A DNA stretch of 64,000 bases from a virus. The position numbers were made by a program, and so were the translations under genes. Numbering within the stretch: the stretch's first letter is position 1; the number at the start of each line of letters is the position of its first letter. Where the stretch lies: the IMG/VR virus record IMGVR_UViG_3300049460_000196, positions 32,001 through 96,000 of that record; one strand, 5' to 3'. The notes beneath the pieces were generated by a model. That model made no database searches. It was not told the DNA's origin and saw only the letters and a program-made list of their open reading frames with translations. Shown here in pieces: positions 19,683-28,986 of the stretch.

Positions 19683-20057
19683 CTATTCTGGGAGATCGCT
19701 TGGGTGCATGCCATAGAGGTCAGCTACTGGTTCACGTAAGACAGTTTTGAGGTTGGCAACCAAATCTTCCAGATAAGCGAGGCGAGCTTCCAACTCGCTC
19801 TTTTGCTCTTTGTGCATGGCATGAGCAGTTGCATAAGTGTAGTCATCAGCATACGATAAACTACCGTAACCAGAAAGACTGTAACCAATCAATTGTGCGA
19901 ACTGATTTTGATCATCTTTGTCAACATCATCCATACAGGCGATGTCATTGAGGTTGATCACGTTGGTGTCAACTAACTGACGAATGATCTTATTGGCTTT
20001 GAAGCGAAGGGTGCCGTGCTGGTCGAGTTCCAGCGGCTGAATTGGATGTTTGGACAT
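19683..20057 (-). CDS. Phage hypothetical protein
   Basis: MSKHPIQPL...GTLRFKAN...QFAQLIGYSLSGY. Confidence 0.75.
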   Translation of the reverse strand: MSKHPIQPLELDQHGTLRFKANKIIRQLVDTNVINLNDIACMDDVDKDDQNQFAQLIGYSLSGYGSLSYADDYTYATAHAMHKEQKSELEARLAYLEDLVANLKTVLREPVADLYGMHPSDLPE

Positions 20058-20062
20058 GTTTT

Positions 20063-20134
20063 TGGTCCCTCGTACTGGAGTCGAACCAGTCAAGCACGCT
20101 TAGGAGGCACGCTGCTCAATCCCTGAGACGAGAG
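20063..20134 (-). tRNA. Compact tRNA-Arg(CCT)
   Basis: Acceptor CTCTCGT/ACGAGGG, 5-nt D loop, 6-bp anticodon stem, CT CCT AA, CCA. Confidence 0.75.
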
Positions 20135-20214
20135 GTAATGGTTAAGATATTGCCACTCTACTGGCAATACTTGATGCACACAATAATCTAAATACCAGTC
20201 ATTGGAGACATTAT

Positions 20215-20757
20215 ATGAAAATTCTTATCACAGGTGCAAGTCGGGGTATTGGTCTTGCCACAGCGTCTTTGCTGACGTCTATGGGGCATACCGTGATTGA
20301 TGCTAGTCGGAGTACCGGCCATGACATTCGTCGCCCACAATCATTCTTGAATCTACTGCGCGACTGCGATGTATTCATCAACAACGCATATTCATTCCAG
20401 GCACATTTCGCACAAACGGAAGTGCTATATGGCGCATATGATCTCTGGAAGGATACCAATAAACACATCATCAGTATTGGATCAAACTCAGCAGATGGCA
20501 TTAAGAATCATCCGCACCTATACGCCGTAGCCAAACATGCGTTGGATAAAGCATCCGAGCAATTGGCCAACACTGGATCGAAATGCCGTGTGACCAATGT
20601 GAGGTTTGGATTAGTTGACACCCAAATGAGTGCCAGTATTGTGGGATATCCTGGGCAGCGTCGTATCACTCCCCAGGAAGCCGCAGAGACGATTGTGTGG
20701 GCTACGAATCAGCCAAGTGGATTGCTGATGAAAACCACTACAGTGCAACCGTGTTGA
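20215..20757 (+). CDS. SDR-family NAD(P)-dependent oxidoreductase
   Basis: ITGASRGIG, NNA, YAVAK motifs; CTAAATA upstream. Confidence 0.9.
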   Translation: MKILITGASRGIGLATASLLTSMGHTVIDASRSTGHDIRRPQSFLNLLRDCDVFINNAYSFQAHFAQTEVLYGAYDLWKDTNKHIISIGSNSADGIKNHPHLYAVAKHALDKASEQLANTGSKCRVTNVRFGLVDTQMSASIVGYPGQRRITPQEAAETIVWATNQPSGLLMKTTTVQPC

Positions 20758-21129
20758 ATTACTGACGTGGCATTTTGCTGGTTTTGGTAGGCCAGGCAGC
20801 GGGATTACGGGCGGTATTGTACTTCTGTTCAGGAGCTGATTCGCGGATCATATTGATCGTCGTTGTCAGTGGAGATTCATGGCCGGGGGCAAACAACTTG
20901 CTAACTTTTACAACAACCGAGTTAATAAAGTTTTGTTTGGAAGTGTTTGGCATGATGGTCATCCAGCTAGTTAAGATAACGCAGTATAGTACCAAATGAA
21001 CAAAAGATCAACTTCTATTTGAAGACAGCCACCAACCCTGATCACAAAGTTGGTGCTGCGGAGAATCAGACCACCATCCAGAATAAACCAGATAGCCTGG
21101 GGAACGAGTGCTCCCGGGTCATTGAATTT

Positions 21130-21207
21130 TGGTGGTGATAGGCGGGATCGAACCGCCGACCTGCGGGTTATGAATCCGCCGCTCTAACCAGTCTGAGCTA
21201 TATCACC
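21130..21207 (-). tRNA. tRNA-Met(CAT)
   Basis: Cloverleaf, TT CAT AA, CCA. Confidence 0.88.
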
Positions 21208-21209
21208 TT

Positions 21210-21294
21210 TGGTGTCCTGGGCGGGACTCGAACCCGCACGCCTTTCGGCACCACCCCCTCAAAGTGGCGAGTCTACCAATTTCTCCACCAGGAC
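21210..21294 (-). tRNA. tRNA-Leu(GAG)
   Basis: Cloverleaf with long variable arm, CCA. Confidence 0.9.
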
Positions 21295-21339
21295 ATTTTG
21301 TATTGCATGTATTATAGAACCTATTTACTAGTCTTGCAA

Positions 21340-21735
21340 CTACAGCCGTTTGAAAATTCCTTCCAGGGCCTGATATTCAGTACCCTTCAGATCTTTTGTT
21401 GCCTTATTGGCTGCACGAATTGCTGAACGGCTACTCTTAACCTGATTGATCAACTCTGCCAATACCTTCGGATCCAAGCATTCAAATTCATGAAGAGCCA
21501 TGATACGGCTGCACCCATATTTACCCGTGAAAGAAGTGGTAACATGCAGATGCACGGCATCCAGATTTGCATTATAGCCAGCGAGGAAAATCCGGAAGAC
21601 GACATCGTGATTCTTTTTCGTTCTCGCAAGCAGGTATGGGCTCCATTGTGTTGGCTCAGTGACGGCGAGGTTCAACATATTGGCTTTCGCGACAAAGCGA
21701 TTCGCAACATCTTGTTGCACAGGATTGAGAATCAT
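21340..21735 (-). CDS. Hypothetical protein, paralog of the next gene
   Basis: Shares RF..KA, EFE..DPK.LA, SR.A.RAA.KA with 21744-22199. Confidence 0.7.
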   Translation of the reverse strand: MILNPVQQDVANRFVAKANMLNLAVTEPTQWSPYLLARTKKNHDVVFRIFLAGYNANLDAVHLHVTTSFTGKYGCSRIMALHEFECLDPKVLAELINQVKSSRSAIRAANKATKDLKGTEYQALEGIFKRL

Positions 21736-21743
21736 GTTGTACC

Positions 21744-22199
21744 TTAAATCAGCTTATTGATCAAGTCGTTGATCTTCACACCTTCAGCGCCGATGGCAAC
21801 CTGTAGGGCTTTCTTGGCTGCACGGTGAGCCGTACGACTGTCAGTGATTTGTTGGTGGAGCGCAGCCAAAGCCTTGGGATCAATGCGCTCAAATTCTTCA
21901 ATCGTGATGTACTTGATCGACTCATGGATGCCCGAAATACTTGATTGGACATGCTGGGTGATCTTTGGGCCGTTCGCACTCAATGGATCAGCACTCACAT
22001 TGAATTGGAACAGGATAGAACGGTTCTTGGCATGCCGGGCTTCGTGCGTCCAAGTATTCCACCAATTCATGGTTGATGTTGGATTACGAAAATCCAGAAC
22101 GAAGCCAATGTGTTCAGCTTTAAGGATAAAGCGATCGGCTAGTGCCTGCATGGCGGGATGAATGTTCATGTGAATACAAAAAGATTGACAATACCACAT
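21744..22199 (-). CDS. Hypothetical protein (probable start MNIHP)
   Basis: Paralog of 21340-21735. Confidence 0.65.
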   Translation of the reverse strand: MWYCQSFCIHMNIHPAMQALADRFILKAEHIGFVLDFRNPTSTMNWWNTWTHEARHAKNRSILFQFNVSADPLSANGPKITQHVQSSISGIHESIKYITIEEFERIDPKALAALHQQITDSRTAHRAAKKALQVAIGAEGVKINDLINKLI

Positions 22200-22242
22200 G
22201 GTACTGCCAATCTGGCAACTACTCTACTGGGGAGTTTTCACA

Positions 22243-22476
22243 TTATTGGAAAACTTTGGTGACGATCAGCATACGACCTGGATACTTGACCGAGCGAGTG
22301 GCGCCATCCAGATAGACTTTGCCATTTTTGATCTCAGTTACTTCCTTGATCTCGATGTCATACGACGTTGCGATTTTACCCAACACAACGCCACGGACGA
22401 CTTTGTCGCCAACCTTGTAGTCGTTACCCAGCATGTCTTTGGCTTCGGTACCGAGGAAATCGCTCTGGATGGTCAT
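22243..22476 (-). CDS. Small SH3-like phage protein
   Basis: KDMLGNDYKVGDKVV motif. Confidence 0.65.
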   Translation of the reverse strand: MTIQSDFLGTEAKDMLGNDYKVGDKVVRGVVLGKIATSYDIEIKEVTEIKNGKVYLDGATRSVKYPGRMLIVTKVFQ

Positions 22477-22539
22477 CTGCTACTCCGTGTTCGTTTATCT
22501 TGTTCCTATTATAGGCGTAGATGAACAAACAATCAAGTA

Positions 22540-22752
22540 TTAGTCACGTTTGTTTGCCAGTTCGTTCAACTGTTTGCTGAGGTCGGCGTCGGTTTCGGCG
22601 GTGATCACGCCCAGCTTAACCATGTTGTTCATGGTACCACGATACACTTCAAACTCGCGGTTATCGAACGACTCAACCATCACGTGCTCGCGACCAGTGT
22701 CGCTGTCGAAGGTGTCGTAGTTGTGTTTGATCTGCGCGTTGATGATATACAT
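22540..22752 (-). CDS. Hypothetical protein
   Basis: 70 aa, SD AGGAG, promoter upstream. Confidence 0.7.
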   Translation of the reverse strand: MYIINAQIKHNYDTFDSDTGREHVMVESFDNREFEVYRGTMNNMVKLGVITAETDADLSKQLNELANKRD

Positions 22753-22817
22753 GGTCGCTCCTGCATTTGTGTAGAATCACATTATAGACGCAGATGAACA
22801 GAAAATCAAGTAATATT

Positions 22818-23095
22818 TGGTGGACCAGAGCGGAATTGAACCGCCACGACGTCGCGAACGTCTTTCCCAGTGCGGAGGACTTGTACTCACCTGAGTAGCC
22901 CAGCGAAGCACCAATACATGATGCTTTGGTGGACTATGGGGACTCGAACCCCCTCTCCCTGGCCCGTAATGATCAGCCTCGTGGGGCTTGTCCCACAATC
23001 TCCGCCATTAGATGTAGCGGTGCTGAATCACGCTTCTGAAGCTACTCGCTTGAAGCCGATCATTACGAGCGACTGTTGCCAGTCACCCAGCTGGT
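22818..23095 (-). ncRNA. Tandem Ala-acceptor tRNA-like RNAs
   Basis: Two T arms, each followed by ...GTCC-A-CCA (ends at 22818 and 22927); 15 bp stem in the upstream unit; D arms atypical. Confidence 0.5.
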
Positions 23096-23380
23096 TTAAT
23101 GGTCTTTGCAGTGACTCAGGTCGCCACGTGATGGCTTTGCACCAGCACGATGTTGTTTCGACCAGTCGTAATCTGCACCCGCGGAGGTAGCACCAGCTTT
23201 ACCAACGCTGTTTGGGTTCTCGGATACCATAGTCACGAAACGAATCTTACCCGTTTCTTCACCTTCGCGGCGCAGAGCAGCCTGAAACTCCAGTGGCTCT
23301 GCCAACAGTACGGTATCAAACACGCGGGATTTTGCTTCCAGGCCGTCTTCGTGAACTTCCGACCAATAAATCATAAACAT
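23096..23380 (-). CDS. Hypothetical protein
   Basis: 94 aa, MVSENPNSVGK.G...YDWSK motif, SD GAGG. Confidence 0.7.
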   Translation of the reverse strand: MFMIYWSEVHEDGLEAKSRVFDTVLLAEPLEFQAALRREGEETGKIRFVTMVSENPNSVGKAGATSAGADYDWSKQHRAGAKPSRGDLSHCKDH

Positions 23381-23496
23381 TTTACTTCCTCTCTCTTTTC
23401 ATCTTTATATTTACAAGAGAGTATATGGTAAAATGGCCACATTTTCAACTGTTATTTCAGATGGGTGGGGAAAGTTGACTTTCCCCAGTTTACGCA

Positions 23497-24144
23497 CTAT
23501 GCAGCCTCACGCTCCAATTCGGCCATAGCCGTCTGGTATTCGTCATCGCTGTAGTAATGATTGCCCAGAACGTCTATCCAAACATTGGTAGTAGCATACT
23601 GATTGTTGTCGCAGAATTGAGCATCGACTTTGAATTGTTCACCATCAACCGAATAGGTTTTCGGTACAGTCACGTTATTGCAATAACGATCGACATGAAG
23701 GAACATTTGAGACAAGCGGGCATGACTTGCGACACGCGCTTTGGTGATGTCGCGAGTGAACTCAGTTACCTTCGCATCAACGGCATAAATGGGCTCCACG
23801 CCTTTATGATAAAACTTGACCAAGTATGCAGTCTTGGCTGGCTCGTAACGGAGTCGAGCATCGCGTCCGAGAACTTTCGTTTGACGAAACATGGTGGACA
23901 CACATTCGATAACCTCTGGTTTGAATCCTTCAGGGCCCACCAGTTTAACGTTCATCAAAAGCTCGCCTTTGTATTGGAGCCCGACCATATTATGACCGTG
24001 GGTATCAAGCAGCTTGCGAACGGCTTTGGCATGATGCTTGGTGCCCGTATATAGCGTCAATAGCGTATTGGGTTTGAACCCACGCTCCATCAATGCTGTA
24101 ACGGCCCGAACTGGATCTGAATCTACAATACGATGCGAAATCAT
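23497..24144 (-). CDS. Hypothetical protein
   Basis: 215 aa ORF. Confidence 0.7.
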   Translation of the reverse strand: MISHRIVDSDPVRAVTALMERGFKPNTLLTLYTGTKHHAKAVRKLLDTHGHNMVGLQYKGELLMNVKLVGPEGFKPEVIECVSTMFRQTKVLGRDARLRYEPAKTAYLVKFYHKGVEPIYAVDAKVTEFTRDITKARVASHARLSQMFLHVDRYCNNVTVPKTYSVDGEQFKVDAQFCDNNQYATTNVWIDVLGNHYYSDDEYQTAMAELEREAA

Positions 24145-24205
24145 GTGCTTCCCCGGTGCGTTAAAAAAAACACACTATACTGTAATTAATACAATGTTCA
24201 AAGCT

Positions 24206-24508
24206 CTACACTACTAAAACATCAATGAAGGCAGTTGGGGTATTGGTGGGTTCAGGAGGAAAGACGGCGGCCCATTGTGCGGCATAGCGCTCAATAGATT
24301 CGCCTAGAATGAATTTATAGCCAACCACACAACCATCACCAGTAAACGCATTCAGCGTCGTGATCAGGAGTTCATTGGTTGGTGTTTCTTCGTAGTCATC
24401 ACTCAATGAATATGAGTCGATGTTGTGTGATTCGAGCCATGACTTTGCTTCCGGGTAATCACCGAACCAGAGTCCGTAAATGGCAATGCCCGTGTATGCA
24501 ACTGTCAT
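24206..24508 (-). CDS. Hypothetical protein
   Basis: 100 aa ORF. Confidence 0.6.
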   Translation of the reverse strand: MTVAYTGIAIYGLWFGDYPEAKSWLESHNIDSYSLSDDYEETPTNELLITTLNAFTGDGCVVGYKFILGESIERYAAQWAAVFPPEPTNTPTAFIDVLVV

Positions 24509-24519
24509 AGTCTTTTATG

Positions 24520-24555
24520 TGGTAGGGAGAGGGGGACTTGAACCCCCACGCCACT
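24520..24555 (-). pseudogene. 3' half of a split tRNA-Leu
   Basis: GGCGT-GGGGG-TTCAAGT-CCCCC-TCTCCCT-A-CCA with no adjacent 5' half. Confidence 0.8.
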
Positions 24556-24557
24556 AT

Positions 24558-24642
24558 TGGTACCCTGAGCCGGAATCGAACCGGCACGCCTCACGGCGCT
24601 TGATTTTGAGTCAAGTGCGTCTACCAGTTCCGCCATCAGGGC
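24558..24642 (-). tRNA. tRNA-Leu(CAA), carried inside the split tRNA
   Basis: Canonical type II cloverleaf, CT CAA AA, CCA. Confidence 0.92.
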
Positions 24643-25091
24643 TCATTCTGTTTATATTGACTGCGTTTCTTACCAGTAAGAGCTTGAGCAATTTTCGCTC
24701 TATGTTCGGGAGATTTTGGCTTCCCTGCATTACCCTTACCAGCTTTACGTGCTTGCTCTACACCTCTACTCTGTGAGGCACATGCAGCTTCGTATCCATT
24801 CTTAGCGACATTCTGTTCCCAAAGCGTCATACCCGTATGGTCTACACGATCAATATAATTGTCTTTGTGCGTACCCCAATACAAATGATTGGGGTTACTG
24901 CATTTTTCATTATTGCAAGCATGACACAACAAAGTTGTGTGAGTTTCGGGTATGGTAGTTCCCAAAGTTGCTGCCAACAATCCGCGAAATTCAACTGATT
25001 TGCCACCACGTTCAACACATGGAAGTTCAAGAGCTAAATGACTACGGCGTTCTTCTCTACTCAGAAGCATATGGTCGATGATATTCATCAT
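24636..25091 (-). CDS. HNH/His-Cys-box-like homing endonuclease with NUMOD3
   Basis: LCHACNNEKCSNPNHLYWGTHKDN; KSPEHRAKIAQALTGKK; CTAAATA just upstream; stop overlaps tRNA 5' end. Confidence 0.85.
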   Translation of the reverse strand: MMNIIDHMLLSREERRSHLALELPCVERGGKSVEFRGLLAATLGTTIPETHTTLLCHACNNEKCSNPNHLYWGTHKDNYIDRVDHTGMTLWEQNVAKNGYEAACASQSRGVEQARKAGKGNAGKPKSPEHRAKIAQALTGKKRSQYKQNEP

Positions 25092-25106
25092 CTATTTAGT
25101 AAACAC

Positions 25107-25139
25107 GGCTGCTGTGTCTACCAATTCCACCATCCCCCA
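25107..25139 (-). pseudogene. 5' half of the split tRNA-Leu
   Basis: GGGGGA-TG-GTGGAATTGGTAGACAC-A-GCAGC; pairs with the acceptor strand at 24524-24530. Confidence 0.8.
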
Positions 25140-25152
25140 TAAGCGTATATTT

Positions 25153-25237
25153 TGGTGCCCAGAGCCGGAATCGAACCGGCACGCCTTGCGGCAGCGGATT
25201 TTGAGTCCGCCAAGTCTACCAGTTTCATCATCTGGGC
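25153..25237 (-). tRNA. tRNA-Leu(CAA)
   Basis: Type II cloverleaf, CCA. Confidence 0.92.
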
Positions 25238-25310
25238 GACAAAATATAAGTTCACGTGCTGCTAGTGCTCCGCATTATACATATCGGAGCCCAGTATGCC
25301 AAATGTTTTT

Positions 25311-25389
25311 TGGTGGATGCGGTGGGCATCGAACCCACAAAGCCCAAGATTTTAAGTCCCGGAGGTATGCCATTTCCCGTCACGCATCC
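25311..25389 (-). tRNA. tRNA-Leu(TAA), short variable region
   Basis: CT TAA AA loop, 6-nt variable region, CCA. Confidence 0.8.
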
Positions 25390-25415
25390 ATGGGATGACG
25401 CACGTCATCCATGTA

Positions 25416-25814
25416 TTACAGATACAGCCTGGTGTTCCAGTCGTTGTACTGGTCACCATCATAGGTGGTATTCCACCTAAACGAACGTTTAACCAGCTTC
25501 TTGTCCCACGTATATTCCACGCGATCAAAACTGTATTCAAACGAACTTACTACCGACTCGCCATCAACCAATACTGCTTGGCCATAGCGAACCTTATTGA
25601 GCATCTGATCAGGCTCAAAGAAAATTGTTCTCACTTCGTTATGCCAATCCGCAGGCACATAAAGGTCAATCAACTTCTGGACATTCTCAAATGTTGCATC
25701 CCATTGTTCAGGTATGCGAATGGTCTCCATGGCCATGTGTGTGCCATTCCAAGCCGCATACCGTATCTCAACGGACGGTTTGATTCTATATTGGGGAAGG
25801 GTTATGGGAAACAT
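25416..25814 (-). CDS. Hypothetical protein, paralog of the next gene
   Basis: ITLP.Y..KPSV and Q...K..Y.QA.L shared with 25822-26235. Confidence 0.7.
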   Translation of the reverse strand: MFPITLPQYRIKPSVEIRYAAWNGTHMAMETIRIPEQWDATFENVQKLIDLYVPADWHNEVRTIFFEPDQMLNKVRYGQAVLVDGESVVSSFEYSFDRVEYTWDKKLVKRSFRWNTTYDGDQYNDWNTRLYL

Positions 25815-25821
25815 CGTCTAT

Positions 25822-26235
25822 TTACCGAACATAGAAATACTTGGCATGATCTTCACCATTTGCACCAGTTCGACGTGAGCGTTTGGTGATCTTACCTGCA
25901 ACTCCCTTATTCATCGCAACATCAACTTGTTCATACGAGTATGACTCAACGTGCATAACCAGATCACCATCGTCGCTCAAATAGGCTTGATCATATTGAA
26001 GCTTGGGAATCAACTGGTCAGAAATGAAGGCCACATACGATACGGTATCATGAAATTGTGGAGGAACATGCTTGTGCATGAATGCTACTGCATTGTCGCG
26101 TGTTGGCGCAAGCTCAACGTCCTCGGACACCAGGATAGCCATGTTGCCACGAGTGTGCGACAAGCCATCGTCATACACCAGAAAAACGCTTGGCTTGTAG
26201 GCATACTTGGGTAAAGTGATCGACAAATCCATCAA
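25822..26235 (-). CDS. Hypothetical protein
   Basis: Paralog of 25416-25814. Confidence 0.7.
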   Translation of the reverse strand: MMDLSITLPKYAYKPSVFLVYDDGLSHTRGNMAILVSEDVELAPTRDNAVAFMHKHVPPQFHDTVSYVAFISDQLIPKLQYDQAYLSDDGDLVMHVESYSYEQVDVAMNKGVAGKITKRSRRTGANGEDHAKYFYVR

Positions 26236-26609
26236 ACACCCTTTGCGATGTCAGGATGTTTTGCCAGCAAAGTAGCCAACAGTTCTTTCTCTGCCGCCTC
26301 GTCTTTGGCTTTCTTCTTCAGTGCCTTTTCCTTACGGGTGAGATCAGCTTTTGCTTTACGTTGACGTTCTGCTTCTTCTTCCTTAGCAATAATATCCACG
26401 TAGTCGCGAACAGTTTTCTTGATGAAAGCTGCTTCGTCTGCTGGACGTTCAATGATCGAAAAGTTCATACGATGCGATGCACCATACAGCTTGTTATAGG
26501 TATCTTCGTCAACTTCAGTCCACTCAGTGATTGAATTTACGATCTGATCGCAATCATCACCATAATTATAGTAGAAGTCGCGAGTGGTTATAATGGCAAT
26601 TTTTCTCAT
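26232..26609 (-). CDS. Hypothetical protein with coiled-coil C-terminus
   Basis: 125 aa ORF. Confidence 0.75.
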   Translation of the reverse strand: MRKIAIITTRDFYYNYGDDCDQIVNSITEWTEVDEDTYNKLYGASHRMNFSIIERPADEAAFIKKTVRDYVDIIAKEEEAERQRKAKADLTRKEKALKKKAKDEAAEKELLATLLAKHPDIAKGV

Positions 26610-26625
26610 TTGCTCTTGTTATTGT

Positions 26626-26696
26626 TGGACCCACCTGCTGGGCTCGAACCAGCCTCACAGAGGTCGGAGCTCTGTGGCGTCTCCCTACGAGGTGAG
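26626..26696 (-). tRNA. Compact tRNA-Arg(CCG)
   Basis: Mini D arm CGT-AGGGAG-ACG, 7-bp anticodon stem, CT CCG AC, CCA. Confidence 0.72.
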
Positions 26697-26703
26697 TTAT
26701 GTT

Positions 26704-26787
26704 TGGTCTCGGTGACAGGAGTCGAACCTGCAAAAGCCTGGGGTCTAGACCCAGTAGGTGTACCTGATTTCCATGAGCCACACCGAG
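26704..26787 (-). tRNA. Atypical tRNA-Leu(TAG)
   Basis: Loop TC TAG AC, expanded acceptor-D connector, short variable region, CCA. Confidence 0.7.
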
Positions 26788-26796
26788 GTAATTCTA

Positions 26797-27045
26797 TTAT
26801 TCAACTATTTGATTTGCAGCCATCGTGGCATCGATTTTTCGTTGTTGATCCTGATCATATAATCGAACAAAAATTAGTTCAATACGTTGACTCCATTGCT
26901 GATCACGAATTTCCTTTTCAGTCTTCTCCGCTGAAGCAATGGCGAGATCAACAGCACGATCATCTGGAAAAATATGGACCACAGATGACGAAGCAAAATC
27001 ACCACCATTGACATGCTTGGTTATAATCAATACCGGACAAGTCAT
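26797..27045 (-). CDS. Hypothetical protein
   Basis: 82 aa ORF. Confidence 0.55.
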   Translation of the reverse strand: MTCPVLIITKHVNGGDFASSSVVHIFPDDRAVDLAIASAEKTEKEIRDQQWSQRIELIFVRLYDQDQQRKIDATMAANQIVE

Positions 27046-27224
27046 TTTCGTTTTTGTTGTTGATAAGCCAGGGTCATCACGTGTGTGATTTCGTCATCGT
27101 CGGTGTGATATACCTCACTACCATCTGCATACTTGACTTTACAATATTTCTTGCGGGAATCAAGTAAGTGGAGATCACCATACTCAACTGAAAGCATGAT
27201 GCGATTGCTCGTGATTTCAATCAT
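27042..27224 (-). CDS. Hypothetical protein
   Basis: 60 aa ORF, ATGA-coupled. Confidence 0.6.
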   Translation of the reverse strand: MIEITSNRIMLSVEYGDLHLLDSRKKYCKVKYADGSEVYHTDDDEITHVMTLAYQQQKRK

Positions 27225-27427
27225 ACCGGATAGCGGATGACTTCACCTGCCGCCAAGGCTTTAACTTGCTCAGCCAACTGTTCTTGAATCAGCAACAGCT
27301 CTGCTTTTGTGGTGATGTGTTTTTTGCTGTCGTCAGCAAAGATCACCATACAATCAACATTTTCTGGATGATCGTAATTGTAGTCTACCGACTTGATGTA
27401 CAGCGGATATTTGTCCATGTAAGCCAT
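27221..27427 (-). CDS. Hypothetical protein
   Basis: 68 aa, SD GAGGAG. Confidence 0.65.
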   Translation of the reverse strand: MAYMDKYPLYIKSVDYNYDHPENVDCMVIFADDSKKHITTKAELLLIQEQLAEQVKALAAGEVIRYPV

Positions 27428-27489
27428 TCAAATGCTCCTCGAAAGCATTATGGTAACAAGACAAATACTTGATGTCTAATTATGAATTC

Positions 27490-27565
27490 TGGTGCTGATG
27501 AAGGGGATCGAACCCTTGACCTCTTCCTTACCGAGAAAGTGCTCTTCCAACTGAGCTACATCAGC
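27490..27565 (-). tRNA. tRNA-Thr(GGT)
   Basis: Cloverleaf, TC GGT AA, CCA. Confidence 0.88.
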
Positions 27566-27596
27566 GTTGAAGGGACGGGAAGAACTCCCGTCCCTT

Positions 27597-28166
27597 TTAG
27601 TTACCTGGCAACAGGCGACTTTTCTTCTGCACACCAGCCAGCAAAAATTCCATCTGGTCAGCCAGGATGTTGCGGTTACGCATGATCAATCCTTCGTTAC
27701 GGTCAGGTACGTATGGTACGTACAAGAGTGGCATTTTTGCTTCTTCAGGAGTACGGTCAGCTTTACGACTGTTGCATGGCTCGCAAGCCGCAACAATGTT
27801 CTGCCATGTGAATGGACCACCACGCGAGTCTGGCATGATGTGTTCCATGCGCAGGTCATCTTTATGGAACTGACCACCGCAGTAAGCACAGGTGTGACGG
27901 TCACGAAGAACCAGAGCATCCTTGCTCAAAGCAATCGACAAGCGGTGACGCTGATCGCTCTTGCCCTTTACTGCGATAATGGTTGGCACTCGCATGGTGG
28001 ACTGGTCACCATCACGATTGTGACCTCCGCGCAGAGTGATCTGCTCATCGCCCATTTCCCAAAGAATCTTACCCAGCGATTGCAGGTAAGCGTAGTGTTC
28101 AATATCTGACCACTGGGTTGGCGTACCATACGCATCCAGTGTCAATATCCGTATCCGATCCAACAT
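27597..28166 (-). CDS. HNH endonuclease (McrA-like)
   Basis: RDRHTCAYCG...EHIMPDSRGG..TWQNIVAACEPCNSRKADRTP. Confidence 0.9.
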   Translation of the reverse strand: MLDRIRILTLDAYGTPTQWSDIEHYAYLQSLGKILWEMGDEQITLRGGHNRDGDQSTMRVPTIIAVKGKSDQRHRLSIALSKDALVLRDRHTCAYCGGQFHKDDLRMEHIMPDSRGGPFTWQNIVAACEPCNSRKADRTPEEAKMPLLYVPYVPDRNEGLIMRNRNILADQMEFLLAGVQKKSRLLPGN

Positions 28167-28248
28167 ATCGTACCTCCTTTCAGTTATCAGTTATTTAATC
28201 AAACAAAAGGCCCAGGAATTCCTGGGCCTTTTCAATTGTGTGTATCGC

Positions 28249-28653
28249 TTAGAGTGCAAGTAAGGGTGGTAAACCTATTCCTGCTCGCAACCTCTGACAA
28301 TCTGGATTCGGCGTACCATCATCCATCCAGACTGGAAATTCCCTACATACTGATGGACGGTTGGTGTAAATTGCACAACCGATACCACCGACACCAATCT
28401 CACCCTGGAGTGCAGAGCAGCGACCATTACCACATTCAGTACCAGTCATGCACGCCATGAAATCATTGACCTTAGATGTCAATGCAACGGGCACCGTACC
28501 ACCAACATCAGTCGTTTCACCCTGGTAGAATGAAACCCGGTAATGGGAGCAGCAAATGCCGCAAGTCAAGCATGGATTGTCTGGGCCGTCAGGCATGTCA
28601 ATAAAGACCTTGCCGTCATCCTGAACCCTGGATATTTGTTTGATCGTTTCCAT
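28249..28653 (-). CDS. YkgJ-family cysteine-cluster protein
   Basis: NPCLTCGICC...RC.AL.G...CAIY.NRPSVCREF. Confidence 0.85.
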   Translation of the reverse strand: METIKQISRVQDDGKVFIDMPDGPDNPCLTCGICCSHYRVSFYQGETTDVGGTVPVALTSKVNDFMACMTGTECGNGRCSALQGEIGVGGIGCAIYTNRPSVCREFPVWMDDGTPNPDCQRLRAGIGLPPLLAL

Positions 28654-28663
28654 GACGGCCTCG

Positions 28664-28966
28664 TCAGACCTTAATAGCAATGTTGACGTTATCCATTTCC
28701 ATAAGACCCTGGTGATACACATCTTCGCTATCGATGTACAGGCGAATTTCTTGGTTGTTCATGTTTGTGTCAACTTCCATCCACCAAGCTTCTTGGTCGC
28801 GTGGTGGATAACCAAATACACGAACAATCTCATGACTGATTTGCAGAATGTTGTGGGTATAAAAGTTGAAGCGGAAACCGAATTTGGATTTCTTGGGCTT
28901 GAATTCGTGCATGGCAACCTCGTGATTAGAAGTTGCCAGTTTAACTGGCAGAATGCTATTTTGCAA
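28664..28966 (-). CDS. Hypothetical protein
   Basis: 100 aa ORF. Confidence 0.55.
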   Translation of the reverse strand: MQNSILPVKLATSNHEVAMHEFKPKKSKFGFRFNFYTHNILQISHEIVRVFGYPPRDQEAWWMEVDTNMNNQEIRLYIDSEDVYHQGLMEMDNVNIAIKV

Positions 28967-28986
28967 ACGGCATTCTTCAGGTATAC

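Noticed and set aside
20063-20080. Sarcin-ricin-loop-like AGTACGAGGGAC
   Set aside because: Fully explained as the T stem and acceptor strand of tRNA-Arg
26704-26787. Amber suppressor (CTA) and stop-codon recoding
   Set aside because: The 7-nt loop centres on TAG (Leu), and conserved genes are intact under the standard code
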